Source of the DNA: Clostridia bacterium
GTDB taxonomy: Bacteria; Bacillota; Clostridia; RGIG6154
Length of the DNA: 64,000 bases
Reading direction: 5' to 3'
NCBI GenBank assembly: GCA_045593265.1
Contig: JAZNWH010000131.1
Location: 9,422 to 73,421 of the forward strand
Shown here: positions 38,436-48,292 of the stretch, piece after piece
Layout of the letters: each line of letters opens with the position of its first letter
Position numbering within the stretch: position 1 is the stretch's first letter
Position numbers and translations under genes: made by a program
Notes under the pieces: generated by a model
Told to the model about the DNA's origin: nothing
Databases searched by the model: none
Seen by the model: only the letters and a program-made list of their open reading frames with translations

Positions 38436-40763
38436 ATGTACGGAATTTACAAATCGGGAGAGCTTACAAAAATGGCAAAGGCTCTTTACAGAGAAGAAAG
38501 AGAAATTAAAAGACTTGATGGATGGTTTGTTGCAAAAGAAACTGAAATGCTTGCTGATGAAAAATATAAGGATTGCAGTCCTGAGGTAAAAAAAGCACAT
38601 TTGTTATGTGAAGTGTTGAAAGAAATGCCTTTATTTATCAGCGAAAATGCAGTTTTTGTGGGAACACAGAGAGATGCTTTTGCAAAAAGCTATGCACTGA
38701 TTAATCCTTCCTTTACGGTTGAGGGTTTTTCAGGTTATTGCGACCCTATGGCAATATACAACGATATTGAGCCAAACGAAGAATTTACAAAAGAGCGTAT
38801 TGATAGTGTCCGTAAATTTACTTCAAAAACGAAAATGGTGGAAATGCTCAATAAAACTTATGATGAAGCTGAAATCTACACAAAAGAAGTTATTTTCTTT
38901 GTTGAACAGGTAACAGGGCACATTATTCCTGATTTTCGTTATGCTTTAAAGTATGGTATTGATAAAATGACACAGGAAGCAAACAAAAAACAAGGCGAAT
39001 TTTTTGAAGCGGCAGCAATTGCCCTTGGCGGAGTTAAAATTCTTGCAGACAGATATATTGAAATAATAAATGAGCAGAAGAAAACCTGTTCCGATGAAAG
39101 AAAAGCTCAGCTTGATTTTATGGAAAAAGCTCTTATAAATATATCTTCAAAGGGTGCGGAAAATCTGTATGAAGCACTTCAGCTTTACATTCTTTTATGG
39201 ACTGTGATGTGTCTTGAACAGGCACCTAATCCATATGCATTTTCTGTAGGTAATGCAGACAGAATTTTTGAACCTTACAGAGGAGAATTAACCAGAGAAG
39301 ATGCAAGCGAATTATTTAAGCATTTTCTTGTGTTCTATAATGTAGGCGACAGAAGCTGGGCAATTTCACAAAATGTCCTTATCGGCGGAAGAGATAATGA
39401 CTCAAATGACCTTACCAACACCATGAGCTATGCAATTATGGATGCGTACTACGATATGAACCTTCCACAGCCTATTTTGTCAGTTAAATTACATAAAAAC
39501 ACACCCCAAAAGCTTTATGAGGAAATGGGAAGATTTTTCTTCTCACCCGGTGTGCTTACACCGTCCCTTTTTAATGACGATGCACTTTTTGAGGTGCTTA
39601 AAAATAACGGTATTGATGAAAAGGATATCCCTGACTATTCTGTTGCGGGCTGTCAGGAACCTCTTATTATGGGTAAAGATAATGGTAACACAACCAACAG
39701 CTGGCTTAATCTTCCTAAGGTTCTTGAATTGATACTTACAGGTGGAGTTTCTGCTATTACCGGAGAAAAGCTTATAGAAAAGACAGAGTATTCTCTTGAA
39801 AACATAAGAGAGGTATTTTATGAAACTCTCGATAAAATTTGCAACAAGATGGCAGAGTACGCGAATGGAGCATCAATAGCATTGTCAGAGCTTAAAGTAC
39901 CATTCTTAAGTTGTTTTATGGGAGGAATGGAAACAGGTGCCGATATGCGTGATACCAAAGTACAGGGAACAAAGTATAACGGAAGCGGATGTTTAATTCA
40001 CGGTCTTAGTGTTCTTGCAGATTCATTTATCGCAATTGATGAGTTTGTTAAGAAATATCCTGATGGTAAAGAAATGCTTGTGGATGCACTTAAAAATAAT
40101 TTTGAAGGCTACGATGAATTAAGAGAATTTTTACTGTCTTGTCCTAAATTTGGAAACAATATTGAAACTGTTGATAACGAGGCTCGTGAGATTGCAATCA
40201 AGGTTTCAAGTATAGTAAGAAGCAAGAAAAATTATCTCGGCAATTCTTTCAGACCTGACTTTTCAAGTCCTTCAACACATCTTACCTACGGTTACTGGGT
40301 AGGTGCAACACCTGACGGAAGAAAGAGTCGTGATATGCTTGGCTACGGAGTTGACCCTCTTTATGGGGAAGCGTCAAACGGACTTGGATTTCGAATGCTT
40401 TCAAATATGAAACTGCCTTTTGAGGAATTTAACGGAGGGTATGCTTCCCATCTTGGTATTGACCCAAAATATTTTAAAGGTGAAGATTACAGCAAAAAGG
40501 GAGTAGAATTCTATCATAATGTTGTAGAGCCTTTGTTCTTTAATGAGCTTAAAGAGGGAGTATCACCATTTTACCTTTATGTAAATGTAACAACACCTGA
40601 AACTCTCCGTAAGGTTCTTGCAAATCCGTCAAAATATGCTCCGAGCGGTGTTTACATTATGAGAATTCACGGAACATTTGTAAACTTCCTTGATTTATCT
40701 CCTGAAATTCAGCAAGATATAATAACAAGACTTGATTTACAGTCTACAACTATGGGGTGCTGA
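38436..40763 (+). CDS. Glycyl radical enzyme of unknown specificity
   Basis: PFL-like signatures (PQPILSV, CPKFGNN, GATPDGR); Cys loop AGCQEP; Gly loop MRIHGTF; C-terminal QQDIITR; adjacent activase. Confidence 0.88.
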   Translation: MYGIYKSGELTKMAKALYREEREIKRLDGWFVAKETEMLADEKYKDCSPEVKKAHLLCEVLKEMPLFISENAVFVGTQRDAFAKSYALINPSFTVEGFSGYCDPMAIYNDIEPNEEFTKERIDSVRKFTSKTKMVEMLNKTYDEAEIYTKEVIFFVEQVTGHIIPDFRYALKYGIDKMTQEANKKQGEFFEAAAIALGGVKILADRYIEIINEQKKTCSDERKAQLDFMEKALINISSKGAENLYEALQLYILLWTVMCLEQAPNPYAFSVGNADRIFEPYRGELTREDASELFKHFLVFYNVGDRSWAISQNVLIGGRDNDSNDLTNTMSYAIMDAYYDMNLPQPILSVKLHKNTPQKLYEEMGRFFFSPGVLTPSLFNDDALFEVLKNNGIDEKDIPDYSVAGCQEPLIMGKDNGNTTNSWLNLPKVLELILTGGVSAITGEKLIEKTEYSLENIREVFYETLDKICNKMAEYANGASIALSELKVPFLSCFMGGMETGADMRDTKVQGTKYNGSGCLIHGLSVLADSFIAIDEFVKKYPDGKEMLVDALKNNFEGYDELREFLLSCPKFGNNIETVDNEAREIAIKVSSIVRSKKNYLGNSFRPDFSSPSTHLTYGYWVGATPDGRKSRDMLGYGVDPLYGEASNGLGFRMLSNMKLPFEEFNGGYASHLGIDPKYFKGEDYSKKGVEFYHNVVEPLFFNELKEGVSPFYLYVNVTTPETLRKVLANPSKYAPSGVYIMRIHGTFVNFLDLSPEIQQDIITRLDLQSTTMGC

Positions 40764-40765
40764 AT

Positions 40766-42040
40766 ATGAAAGCAATAGGAATTGATATAGGTACAACGAG
40801 TATATGCGGTATTGTGTGCGATGCAAAAAGCGGCGAGATTTTAAAGGTAATTAACAAAGACAGTAATGCATTTTTAAAAGGCTCTGCCGATTGGGAAAAA
40901 ATTCAGTCGGTTGACAAAATTATATCTTGCGCAAGAGAAATTCTGGACAGCCTTATAGATGAAGATGTCAAGGTTATAGGTGTTACGGGGCAGATGCATG
41001 GAATTGTGTATACGGATAAAAACGGAGAGGCTGTAAGTCCGTTATATACCTGGCAGGATGGCCGGGGAAATCTGCTATATAAAGATACCACATATGCAAA
41101 GTATTTAAACAGCTTTACAGGATACGGAAATGTAACGGATTTTTATAACAGAGAAAATAATATCAGACCTGAAAATGCCGAGTATTTTTGTACAATACAC
41201 GACTATTTTGTGATGACTCTTTGTAATCTTTACAAACCTCTTATACATATAAGCGATTTAGCAAGTTTCGGCATCGATAACAGAAGCGGAGCAGATGTTA
41301 CGGATGGTTACACCATTGCAGGTGAGTATAAAAATATTCCCGTAAGTGTTGCAATCGGCGATAATCAGGCAAGTGTATTTTCAACTCTTGCAGATGAAAA
41401 TGATGTTTTGATAAATGTAGGTACAGGCAGTCAGGTTTCCGTTATTTCTTCAAATAAGGTTACGGGTGAGGATATAGAGGTAAGACCTTATTTTGAAAAT
41501 AAGTATCTTATTGTTGGAGCTGCCCTTTGCGGTGGAAGAGCTTATTCGCTTCTTAAAGATTTCTATTCTGAAATTTTTGAATATACAGGTGCATTTGATG
41601 ACAATGCTGTTTACAGCATTATGAATAAAATGCTTCAAAAAACGGATAATTTAACTCTTGAGGTTGATACCCGTTTTGCAGGCACAAGAAAAAATCCACA
41701 GCTTTGCGGAAGCATATCAGGTATAACTACAGAAAATTTCAATCCGTCAGCTCTTACATATGGTATGCTTTCAGGCATGGCAAACGAGCTTTTTGAAATG
41801 TACAAACAGATGAAGTCTGAAAAGTTGGGAATAGTAGGCTCAGGAAACGGTGTGCGTAAAAATTCAGCCTTCATAAAAATTCTCGAAGAAAAATTCGGCG
41901 GCGAACTGAAAATACCTGTGCATACGGAGGAAGCATCCTTCGGTGCAGCACTTTACGGACTTATTGCCTGCGGTGTATATAATAATGCCGCAGATGTTCA
42001 GAAACTTATAAAATACACAAAAAAGGAGAATAAATTATGA
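40766..42040 (+). CDS. FGGY-family sugar kinase (sedoheptulokinase-like)
   Basis: GIDIGTTS, GVTGQMHG, YTWQDGR, GDNQAS, NVGTGSQVS, GAALCGG, FAGTR, GSGNG. Confidence 0.85.
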   Translation: MKAIGIDIGTTSICGIVCDAKSGEILKVINKDSNAFLKGSADWEKIQSVDKIISCAREILDSLIDEDVKVIGVTGQMHGIVYTDKNGEAVSPLYTWQDGRGNLLYKDTTYAKYLNSFTGYGNVTDFYNRENNIRPENAEYFCTIHDYFVMTLCNLYKPLIHISDLASFGIDNRSGADVTDGYTIAGEYKNIPVSVAIGDNQASVFSTLADENDVLINVGTGSQVSVISSNKVTGEDIEVRPYFENKYLIVGAALCGGRAYSLLKDFYSEIFEYTGAFDDNAVYSIMNKMLQKTDNLTLEVDTRFAGTRKNPQLCGSISGITTENFNPSALTYGMLSGMANELFEMYKQMKSEKLGIVGSGNGVRKNSAFIKILEEKFGGELKIPVHTEEASFGAALYGLIACGVYNNAADVQKLIKYTKKENKL

Positions 42041-45000
42041 GATTTCTTGAGGATAAAGCATTAAAAACCGTTACTATGCTCAATAGCTTCATAGTAAAAA
42101 ACACAATGGTGCTTGATGGATTTAAAATTAAGTATTGCGATTATAAAACAGATAATATTATTCCTGAAATTGATGAATCTTGGGATAATCTTGAAAAATT
42201 TGTTGAATTTAAGGAGCTTGCAGTTCATTTCTGGATAAGGGGAACTGTTACAACTCCAAAGGCAGAGGAAGGCTGTTATTATGCTCTTGATTTTAAACAG
42301 GAATACACAGGCAGAGTTCAGACAATTTTATATTTAAACGGGGAAATGACACAAGGTCTTGACGAAAACCACTTCAGAACAATACTTGAACCTGATACAA
42401 CATACGATGTTGCATTTTACTGCTACCTCGACCCTGTATACTCGCCAAGGACACATCTTGTTTCTTCAACAGTACCCAAGCTTGTAACAGTTGACGAAAA
42501 AACAGAGCAATTATATTTTGATTTTGAAACACCGTTTGAGGCACTTGAGGCTCTTGAAAAAACAAGCGATGATTATAAAACAATTCTTCACCATCTTGAA
42601 CTTGCGGCAAATTTAATTGATTTCAGACAGCCGTATACACAGGAATATTACAATGCGATTGATAAAGCTATAAAATACCTTGATGAGGAATTTTACGGTA
42701 AAGCCTGTGGTAAAGGTGATATTACGGTAAACTGTCTTGGTCATTCACATATTGATGTTGCCTGGCGCTGGCCTGTAAGACAAACTGTTGAAAAGGTTCA
42801 AAGAAGCTATTCTACAGTTCTTTATCTTATGAAGCACTATCCTGAATACATATTTATGATGACCACACCACAGATGTATGAATTTTTAAAGGAGCAGGCA
42901 CCTGAAAAGTTTGAAGAGCTCAAAGAGCGTGTGAAAGAGGGAAGATGGGAGACAGATGGAGCGATGTGGCTTGAATCTGACTGCAATCTTCCATCAGGTG
43001 AAAGCTTTGTTCGTCAGCTTGTACACGGAAAGAAATATTTTATGGACGAATTTGGTGTTAATAGCCGAACACTCTGGATTCCTGATGTATTCGGGTATTC
43101 TGCAGCTCTTCCTCAGATACTTAAAAAAGCAGGCGTTGACCGTTTCGTTACAGGTAAAATAAGTTGGAATGATACAGACAGAATGCCTAATGACACATTT
43201 TACTGGAAGGGTATTGATGGTACTGAAATATTTACACAGTTTTTAACAACCAAGGATTTTGTGATTCCTGAAAAATCAAGAGATTTTGTTATGATAAACG
43301 GTGCGCTTGATGCCCGTGAGGTAAAAAGCACCTGGGATATATACAGAAACAAGGAATATAATGACGAAACAATTCACACCTTTGGTTTTGGTGACGGCGG
43401 TGGCGGACCTACTTATCAGATGCTTGAGCGTCAGCGAAGATTCCAAAAAGGTATTCCGGGAATTCCTAAAACAAGAATGGACACACTTGACAATTACTTA
43501 ACCAGATCTCAAGAAAAATTTGACAAATCATGCGAAAAATTCGGCAGAACACCAAAATGGTCGGGAGAATTATATCTTCAGTATCACAGAGGTACATATA
43601 CATCTGTTGCAAGAACCAAAAGAGCAAACCGTATATGTGAATTTATGCTTGCTGATACTGAACAGCTTTCGGTTATGAATATGCTTCTAAGAGGCGGAGT
43701 ATATCCTCAAAGTGAGCTTGATGTTGCATGGAAGCATATGCTTCTTAATCAGTTCCACGATATTATTCCGGGAAGCTGTATTAAAGAGGTTTCTGATGTT
43801 GCAGAGGCTGAATACAACGAGGTAAAAGAAATCTGCAAAAATGCAACTAAGACGGTTTATGACAGCATTGTGCCCGAAATCAGTTCTCAAGAGGGTTATG
43901 TTGTGTTTAATCCAAGGCCTTTTGAGGGTGATGGAATTGTTGAGGTTTCCGACAGCTTTGCTTATGTTGAAAGTATTCCTTCACACGGATATAAGGTTGT
44001 TAAATCTCTTGATTTTTCAAATAATGCAACAGTATCAGAAAATGAGATTTCAAACAAGTATTTTAATATACATCTTGACAAAAATGGAAATGTTTCATCA
44101 ATTTTCGATAAATCTGCAGACAGAGAAATCCTTTCGGAAACAGGAAACAGATTTGTTGCCTATGAGGACAGACCAAAGTGGTCGGACGCATGGGAGGTTA
44201 CACACTACTATAAACAAAAGCCATATTATGTCGATGATGTTACAGATATTGTTCCTTACGAAAAGGGAGCAAAAAAAGGTCTTACAGTATCAAGAAAATT
44301 TATGAATTCTACAATTAAGCAGAACATTATTGTATACGATAACATACCAAGAATTGATTTTGAAACAGAAATTGACTGGAAAGAGGAGCATCTTATATTA
44401 AAAACGCTCTTCCCTGTAAATGTATTTGCCAATACTGTAACTGCAGATATACAGTTTGGTAATGTTGAAAGACCTACTCATAAAAACAGAAGCTGGGATG
44501 AAGCGCAGTTCGAAATGTGTATGCATAAATGGGTCGATATATCCGATAACGGCTACGGAGTAAGCTTTTTGAACGATTGCAAATACGGCTATTCTTCAGA
44601 AGAAAATGTAATCGGACTTACAATACTTAAATGTGCAACTGATCCTGATCCTGAAGCAGACAAGTGCAAGCATGAGTTTACATATTCATTATACCCACAT
44701 AATGGCAGAGTAACAGATGGAGATACTATAAAGCAGTCGTATAACTTAAATCAGCCTATGACTGTGGTAGAGAAAACAGCAACAAAGGGATCGCTTCCAT
44801 CAGAATTTTCACTGGTAAGCTGTAACAGAGAAAATGTTGTTGTTGAAACTATCAAAAAGGCAGAAAACAATGATAACATTGTGATAAGAATGTTTGATGT
44901 ACACAACAAAACAGAGAATGTAACACTTGATTTCGGCTTTGATGTGAAAAAGGCATATATTTGTGATTTGCTTGAAAATATTGAGTCTGAAATTGAAGTT

Positions 45001-45066
45001 TCAGGAAACACAGTAACTGTTCCTGTTAAAAATTTCGAGATTGTTACGCTTATGTTGGAAGTATAG
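42037..45066 (+). CDS. GH38 alpha-mannosidase
   Basis: GHSHIDVAW, ESDCNLPSGESFVRQ, WIPDVFGYS, GDGGGGPT, GELYLQYHRGTYTS, NQFHDIIPGS. Confidence 0.95.
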   Translation: MRFLEDKALKTVTMLNSFIVKNTMVLDGFKIKYCDYKTDNIIPEIDESWDNLEKFVEFKELAVHFWIRGTVTTPKAEEGCYYALDFKQEYTGRVQTILYLNGEMTQGLDENHFRTILEPDTTYDVAFYCYLDPVYSPRTHLVSSTVPKLVTVDEKTEQLYFDFETPFEALEALEKTSDDYKTILHHLELAANLIDFRQPYTQEYYNAIDKAIKYLDEEFYGKACGKGDITVNCLGHSHIDVAWRWPVRQTVEKVQRSYSTVLYLMKHYPEYIFMMTTPQMYEFLKEQAPEKFEELKERVKEGRWETDGAMWLESDCNLPSGESFVRQLVHGKKYFMDEFGVNSRTLWIPDVFGYSAALPQILKKAGVDRFVTGKISWNDTDRMPNDTFYWKGIDGTEIFTQFLTTKDFVIPEKSRDFVMINGALDAREVKSTWDIYRNKEYNDETIHTFGFGDGGGGPTYQMLERQRRFQKGIPGIPKTRMDTLDNYLTRSQEKFDKSCEKFGRTPKWSGELYLQYHRGTYTSVARTKRANRICEFMLADTEQLSVMNMLLRGGVYPQSELDVAWKHMLLNQFHDIIPGSCIKEVSDVAEAEYNEVKEICKNATKTVYDSIVPEISSQEGYVVFNPRPFEGDGIVEVSDSFAYVESIPSHGYKVVKSLDFSNNATVSENEISNKYFNIHLDKNGNVSSIFDKSADREILSETGNRFVAYEDRPKWSDAWEVTHYYKQKPYYVDDVTDIVPYEKGAKKGLTVSRKFMNSTIKQNIIVYDNIPRIDFETEIDWKEEHLILKTLFPVNVFANTVTADIQFGNVERPTHKNRSWDEAQFEMCMHKWVDISDNGYGVSFLNDCKYGYSSEENVIGLTILKCATDPDPEADKCKHEFTYSLYPHNGRVTDGDTIKQSYNLNQPMTVVEKTATKGSLPSEFSLVSCNRENVVVETIKKAENNDNIVIRMFDVHNKTENVTLDFGFDVKKAYICDLLENIESEIEVSGNTVTVPVKNFEIVTLMLEV

Positions 45067-45076
45067 GAGAATAATT

Positions 45077-46093
45077 ATGCTTACAAAACCCATATTTTTT
45101 GAAAAAAACAGAGTAGGAAGAGTTTACACAGGAGGCAAGCTTTTTTGTAATTTTTTTGGTGATGACAGCACCGATGGATTTTTCCCGGAAGAATGGATTG
45201 CATCAAGTGTAAAGGCGGTTAACAAAGTGCAGGCATCTGAAAAAGAAGGTGTTTCAAAGCTTGCTGACAGCGATATATATTTTGATGAGCTTATTGAAAA
45301 ATACCCATTTGAAATGCTCGGAAGCTCAGAAAAAATGCGTATTCTTGTAAAGCTTCTTGACAGTGCGGTGCGTCTTCCTGCTCAGGCGCATCCTGATAAA
45401 GAGTTTTCAAGAAAATATTTTAATTCAGAATATGGCAAGACCGAGAGCTGGATTGTTCTTGACAAAAGAGAAAATGCCAAAATCTATTTCGGGTTCAAAG
45501 ACAATGTTAACGAAGAAATATTTTCAAAGGCAATAGACGAAAGCGAAACAGATAAAGATGCAATGGAACGCATTATGGAGTATACCGAGCCTGAAATTGG
45601 TGATGTTATTTTAGTTCCTGCAAAAACAGTACACGCTATAGGTGCCGGCTGTCTTATTTTGGAGGTTCAGGAGCCTACAGATTTTACAATTCAGCCGGAG
45701 CATTGGTGCGATGAATATAAGTTAAACGAAAAAGAAATGTATATGAATTTATCCCGTGAAACTGCGGTGAAGTGTTTTGACTTTAAAAAATCATCCGACC
45801 CAAGAATAGCCCCTGAGGTAATCTTTAACAAAGACGGGGTAAAAATCGAACACCTTATAAAGCCTTGCGATACGGAGTGTTTTGTTATTAACAGAATAAC
45901 CCTTGAGGGCGGAAATGTTTGTATAAACCTTAAGGATAGCTATGGTGTTTATATCGTGACTGACGGCGAAGGTGAAATTTCAGGTGAAGGGTATGAGAAA
46001 AAAATAAAAAAAGGCGATTATTTCTTTATGCCTTGCTGTGCTATGGGGAAATTCAGCATCAATGGAAATGTTCAGGTAGTAGAGTGTTATTGA
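45077..46093 (+). CDS. Class I mannose-6-phosphate isomerase-like cupin protein
   Basis: PEEW, LVKLLDS..RLPAQAHPD, GKTESW, VHAIGAG..LEVQEPTD. Confidence 0.85.
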   Translation: MLTKPIFFEKNRVGRVYTGGKLFCNFFGDDSTDGFFPEEWIASSVKAVNKVQASEKEGVSKLADSDIYFDELIEKYPFEMLGSSEKMRILVKLLDSAVRLPAQAHPDKEFSRKYFNSEYGKTESWIVLDKRENAKIYFGFKDNVNEEIFSKAIDESETDKDAMERIMEYTEPEIGDVILVPAKTVHAIGAGCLILEVQEPTDFTIQPEHWCDEYKLNEKEMYMNLSRETAVKCFDFKKSSDPRIAPEVIFNKDGVKIEHLIKPCDTECFVINRITLEGGNVCINLKDSYGVYIVTDGEGEISGEGYEKKIKKGDYFFMPCCAMGKFSINGNVQVVECY

Positions 46094-46106
46094 TAGGAGA
46101 GATTTA

Positions 46107-46967
46107 ATGTCTGTTATTGAAATAAAAAATGAAAGGCTTTCGGTAGGCATAAATACTTTTGGAAGTGAACTTGTGTATATAACTGCCAAAGACGGCAATG
46201 AGTATTTATGGAACAGAGATGAAAAGGTGTGGTCTTTAAGTTCGCCAATACTTTTTCCTATCTGCGGAGGCTTGAAAAACGATAAATATACATATATGGG
46301 CAAGGAATATCCTCTTGATAAACACGGATTTGCACAGGTTATGGAATTCAATGGTGAAAAAATAAGTGAGACAAAGGCTGAATTTGTACTGAGACACAAT
46401 GACGAAACTTTAAAACAATTTCCCTTTGAATTTGAATTCAAAACTCTTTTTGAACTTTCAGGAAATAAGCTTAAAGTAACATATATCACAAAAAATTTAT
46501 CCGATAAAGAAATGTTTTTCTCGGTAGGTGCCCACGAAGGTTATTATTGTCCCGAAGGTATTGAAGAGTATAGTGTTTCTTTTGATGAAAATCAAACTCT
46601 TGACAGTTATATCTTAAATGGCAATCTTCTGGAAAACAATAAAATCAGAATTATTGAGAACAGTAAAAGTATTCCCTTAAAATATGAATATTTTAAGGTT
46701 GACGCCCTTGTTTTTAAGAATATCCGTTTTAATAAAGTATATCTTGTTCACAAGAACAGCAAAAAAAGAATTGCATTGACATTTGATAAGGCAAAATATT
46801 TTCTTCTGTGGACAAAACCAAATGCAAAATATATATGCCTGGAGCCTTGGTGTGGAGTTCAGGATATTATAGATTCAGATTATGAAATCTCAAAAAAAGA
46901 GGGAATTATAAAGCTTAGAGGCAATGGAATACATACTTTTACCCATACAATAGAAATTTTTGACTAA
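46107..46967 (+). CDS. Aldose 1-epimerase family protein (LacX-like)
   Basis: EYLW, SPILFPICG, KHGFA, FSVGAHEG, YICLEPWCG. Confidence 0.88.
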   Translation: MSVIEIKNERLSVGINTFGSELVYITAKDGNEYLWNRDEKVWSLSSPILFPICGGLKNDKYTYMGKEYPLDKHGFAQVMEFNGEKISETKAEFVLRHNDETLKQFPFEFEFKTLFELSGNKLKVTYITKNLSDKEMFFSVGAHEGYYCPEGIEEYSVSFDENQTLDSYILNGNLLENNKIRIIENSKSIPLKYEYFKVDALVFKNIRFNKVYLVHKNSKKRIALTFDKAKYFLLWTKPNAKYICLEPWCGVQDIIDSDYEISKKEGIIKLRGNGIHTFTHTIEIFD

Positions 46968-47142
46968 ATTAATATATATAGATAAGTCAAATGAAAAGGG
47001 AATGTTAAAAAAGTTCATAACCGTAAAAAGGCTTAAATAATAATATTTATAACATGATATGTTTGTCAAAATTAACAAAAAATATATACTTATGGAAAAA
47101 TATCGTTTATGAACGATATTTTTTCTATTAAATAAGCCTTTT

Positions 47143-47247
47143 TGCTCGAACGAACTTCGCCTAACTCGGCGTATCCGCATACGCCTTCGGGTACCTGCAA
47201 ATGCCTTTAAACAGGCATTTGCAGCTCAATTCGTTCGTTCTGAAGCA
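47143..47247. other. GC-rich multi-hairpin intergenic element
   Basis: GGCGTAT/ATACGCC and CTGCAAATGCCT/AGGCATTTGCAG stems enclosed by GAACGAA/TTCGTTC. Confidence 0.45.
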
Positions 47248-47267
47248 TTTTTTCCTATTCCCTAAAC

Positions 47268-47306
47268 AAGGGTCTGTAAAAAATCATCGATTTTTTACAG
47301 ACCCTT
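47268..47306. terminator. 18-bp perfect inverted repeat, bidirectional terminator-like
   Basis: AAGGGTCTGTAAAAAATC-ATC-GATTTTTTACAGACCCTT between convergent genes. Confidence 0.65.
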
Positions 47307-47378
47307 TTATATTAATCTGATTTGATAATCGAGGTGATAGTTTCGTAGATTAATATAATTCTTGTTTTATGAGGATAC

Positions 47379-48161
47379 TTAAGGAGAAGTATCTGTTTTG
47401 GAATAATGTTGTTTATATTTTGACGGAGAAATTCCAAATTGCCGTTTAAACATTTTTGAAAATGTATACAAATCAGAATATCCCACAGAATTGGCTACAA
47501 CAGATATGGTATCACAATTTTTTGTTATGAGATTGGCGGCAACATTCATTCTGTAATTAAGAATATATTGTTTTGGAGAAAGTCCGGTTTTCTTTTTGAA
47601 AATGGAAGAAAAGTATGTTCTGTCAAGATTTAAGTCCCGGGCAATTTTATCTACAGATATATTGTACATATAGTTTGTATGGATGAAACTTAATGCTTTT
47701 TCAGTATAGTCGTATTTGATGCCGTCATCCTCTAAAAGCAGTGAAAACAAATCCCACAATCTTGCGGTAAGGTAGGCGTGTTTGTCGTGGGAATAGTTGC
47801 CGGTTTCTTTTATGGAAGCAAATATTTTTTCAGCCTCCGGGCATACGATAACATCTGAAAGCATTTCCAACTGTTTGACGTTGCAGGTAAAGCCAATCCA
47901 GATATAACTCCATGGGTTAACAGCATCTGCTTCGTAATAGGTTTCTATATAAGGCGGAATAACAAACATTTCGCCTGCTTTAACTTTATATTCTTTGTCT
48001 CTGATTTTGAAAATACCGACTCCTGATACGACAAAATGAATAAGCCAATGTGTTCGTATCATCGGACCAAAAAAATGGCTTTTTTCGCAGTTTTCGTGAC
48101 CAAATTGAACAGGATTTAACACCCAGTTTTTCTTACTGTTTATCATAATACTGTAATCCAT
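47379..48161 (-). CDS. AraC-family regulator (MsmR-like)
   Basis: FGHENC..HFFGP.IRTHWLIHFV, YEAD..NPWSYIWIGF, VANSVGYSDLYTFSKMFK; GGAGG RBS before ATG 48161. Confidence 0.92.
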   Translation of the reverse strand: MDYSIMINSKKNWVLNPVQFGHENCEKSHFFGPMIRTHWLIHFVVSGVGIFKIRDKEYKVKAGEMFVIPPYIETYYEADAVNPWSYIWIGFTCNVKQLEMLSDVIVCPEAEKIFASIKETGNYSHDKHAYLTARLWDLFSLLLEDDGIKYDYTEKALSFIHTNYMYNISVDKIARDLNLDRTYFSSIFKKKTGLSPKQYILNYRMNVAANLITKNCDTISVVANSVGYSDLYTFSKMFKRQFGISPSKYKQHYSKTDTSP

Positions 48162-48292
48162 ATTTTTTGTATTCCCTCCATTTCTAAAAACAACAAAATG
48201 ACAAATGTTTATATCATTATACCATTTCTTAAAACAGAAAGTCAATATATAATTAAATTGAAGAAATAATAATAAAGAAAGAGGTAATTGAT

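Noticed and set aside
38436-40763. Pyruvate formate-lyase or choline TMA-lyase
   Set aside because: No CC motif, an atypical Gly loop, and no cut or microcompartment context.
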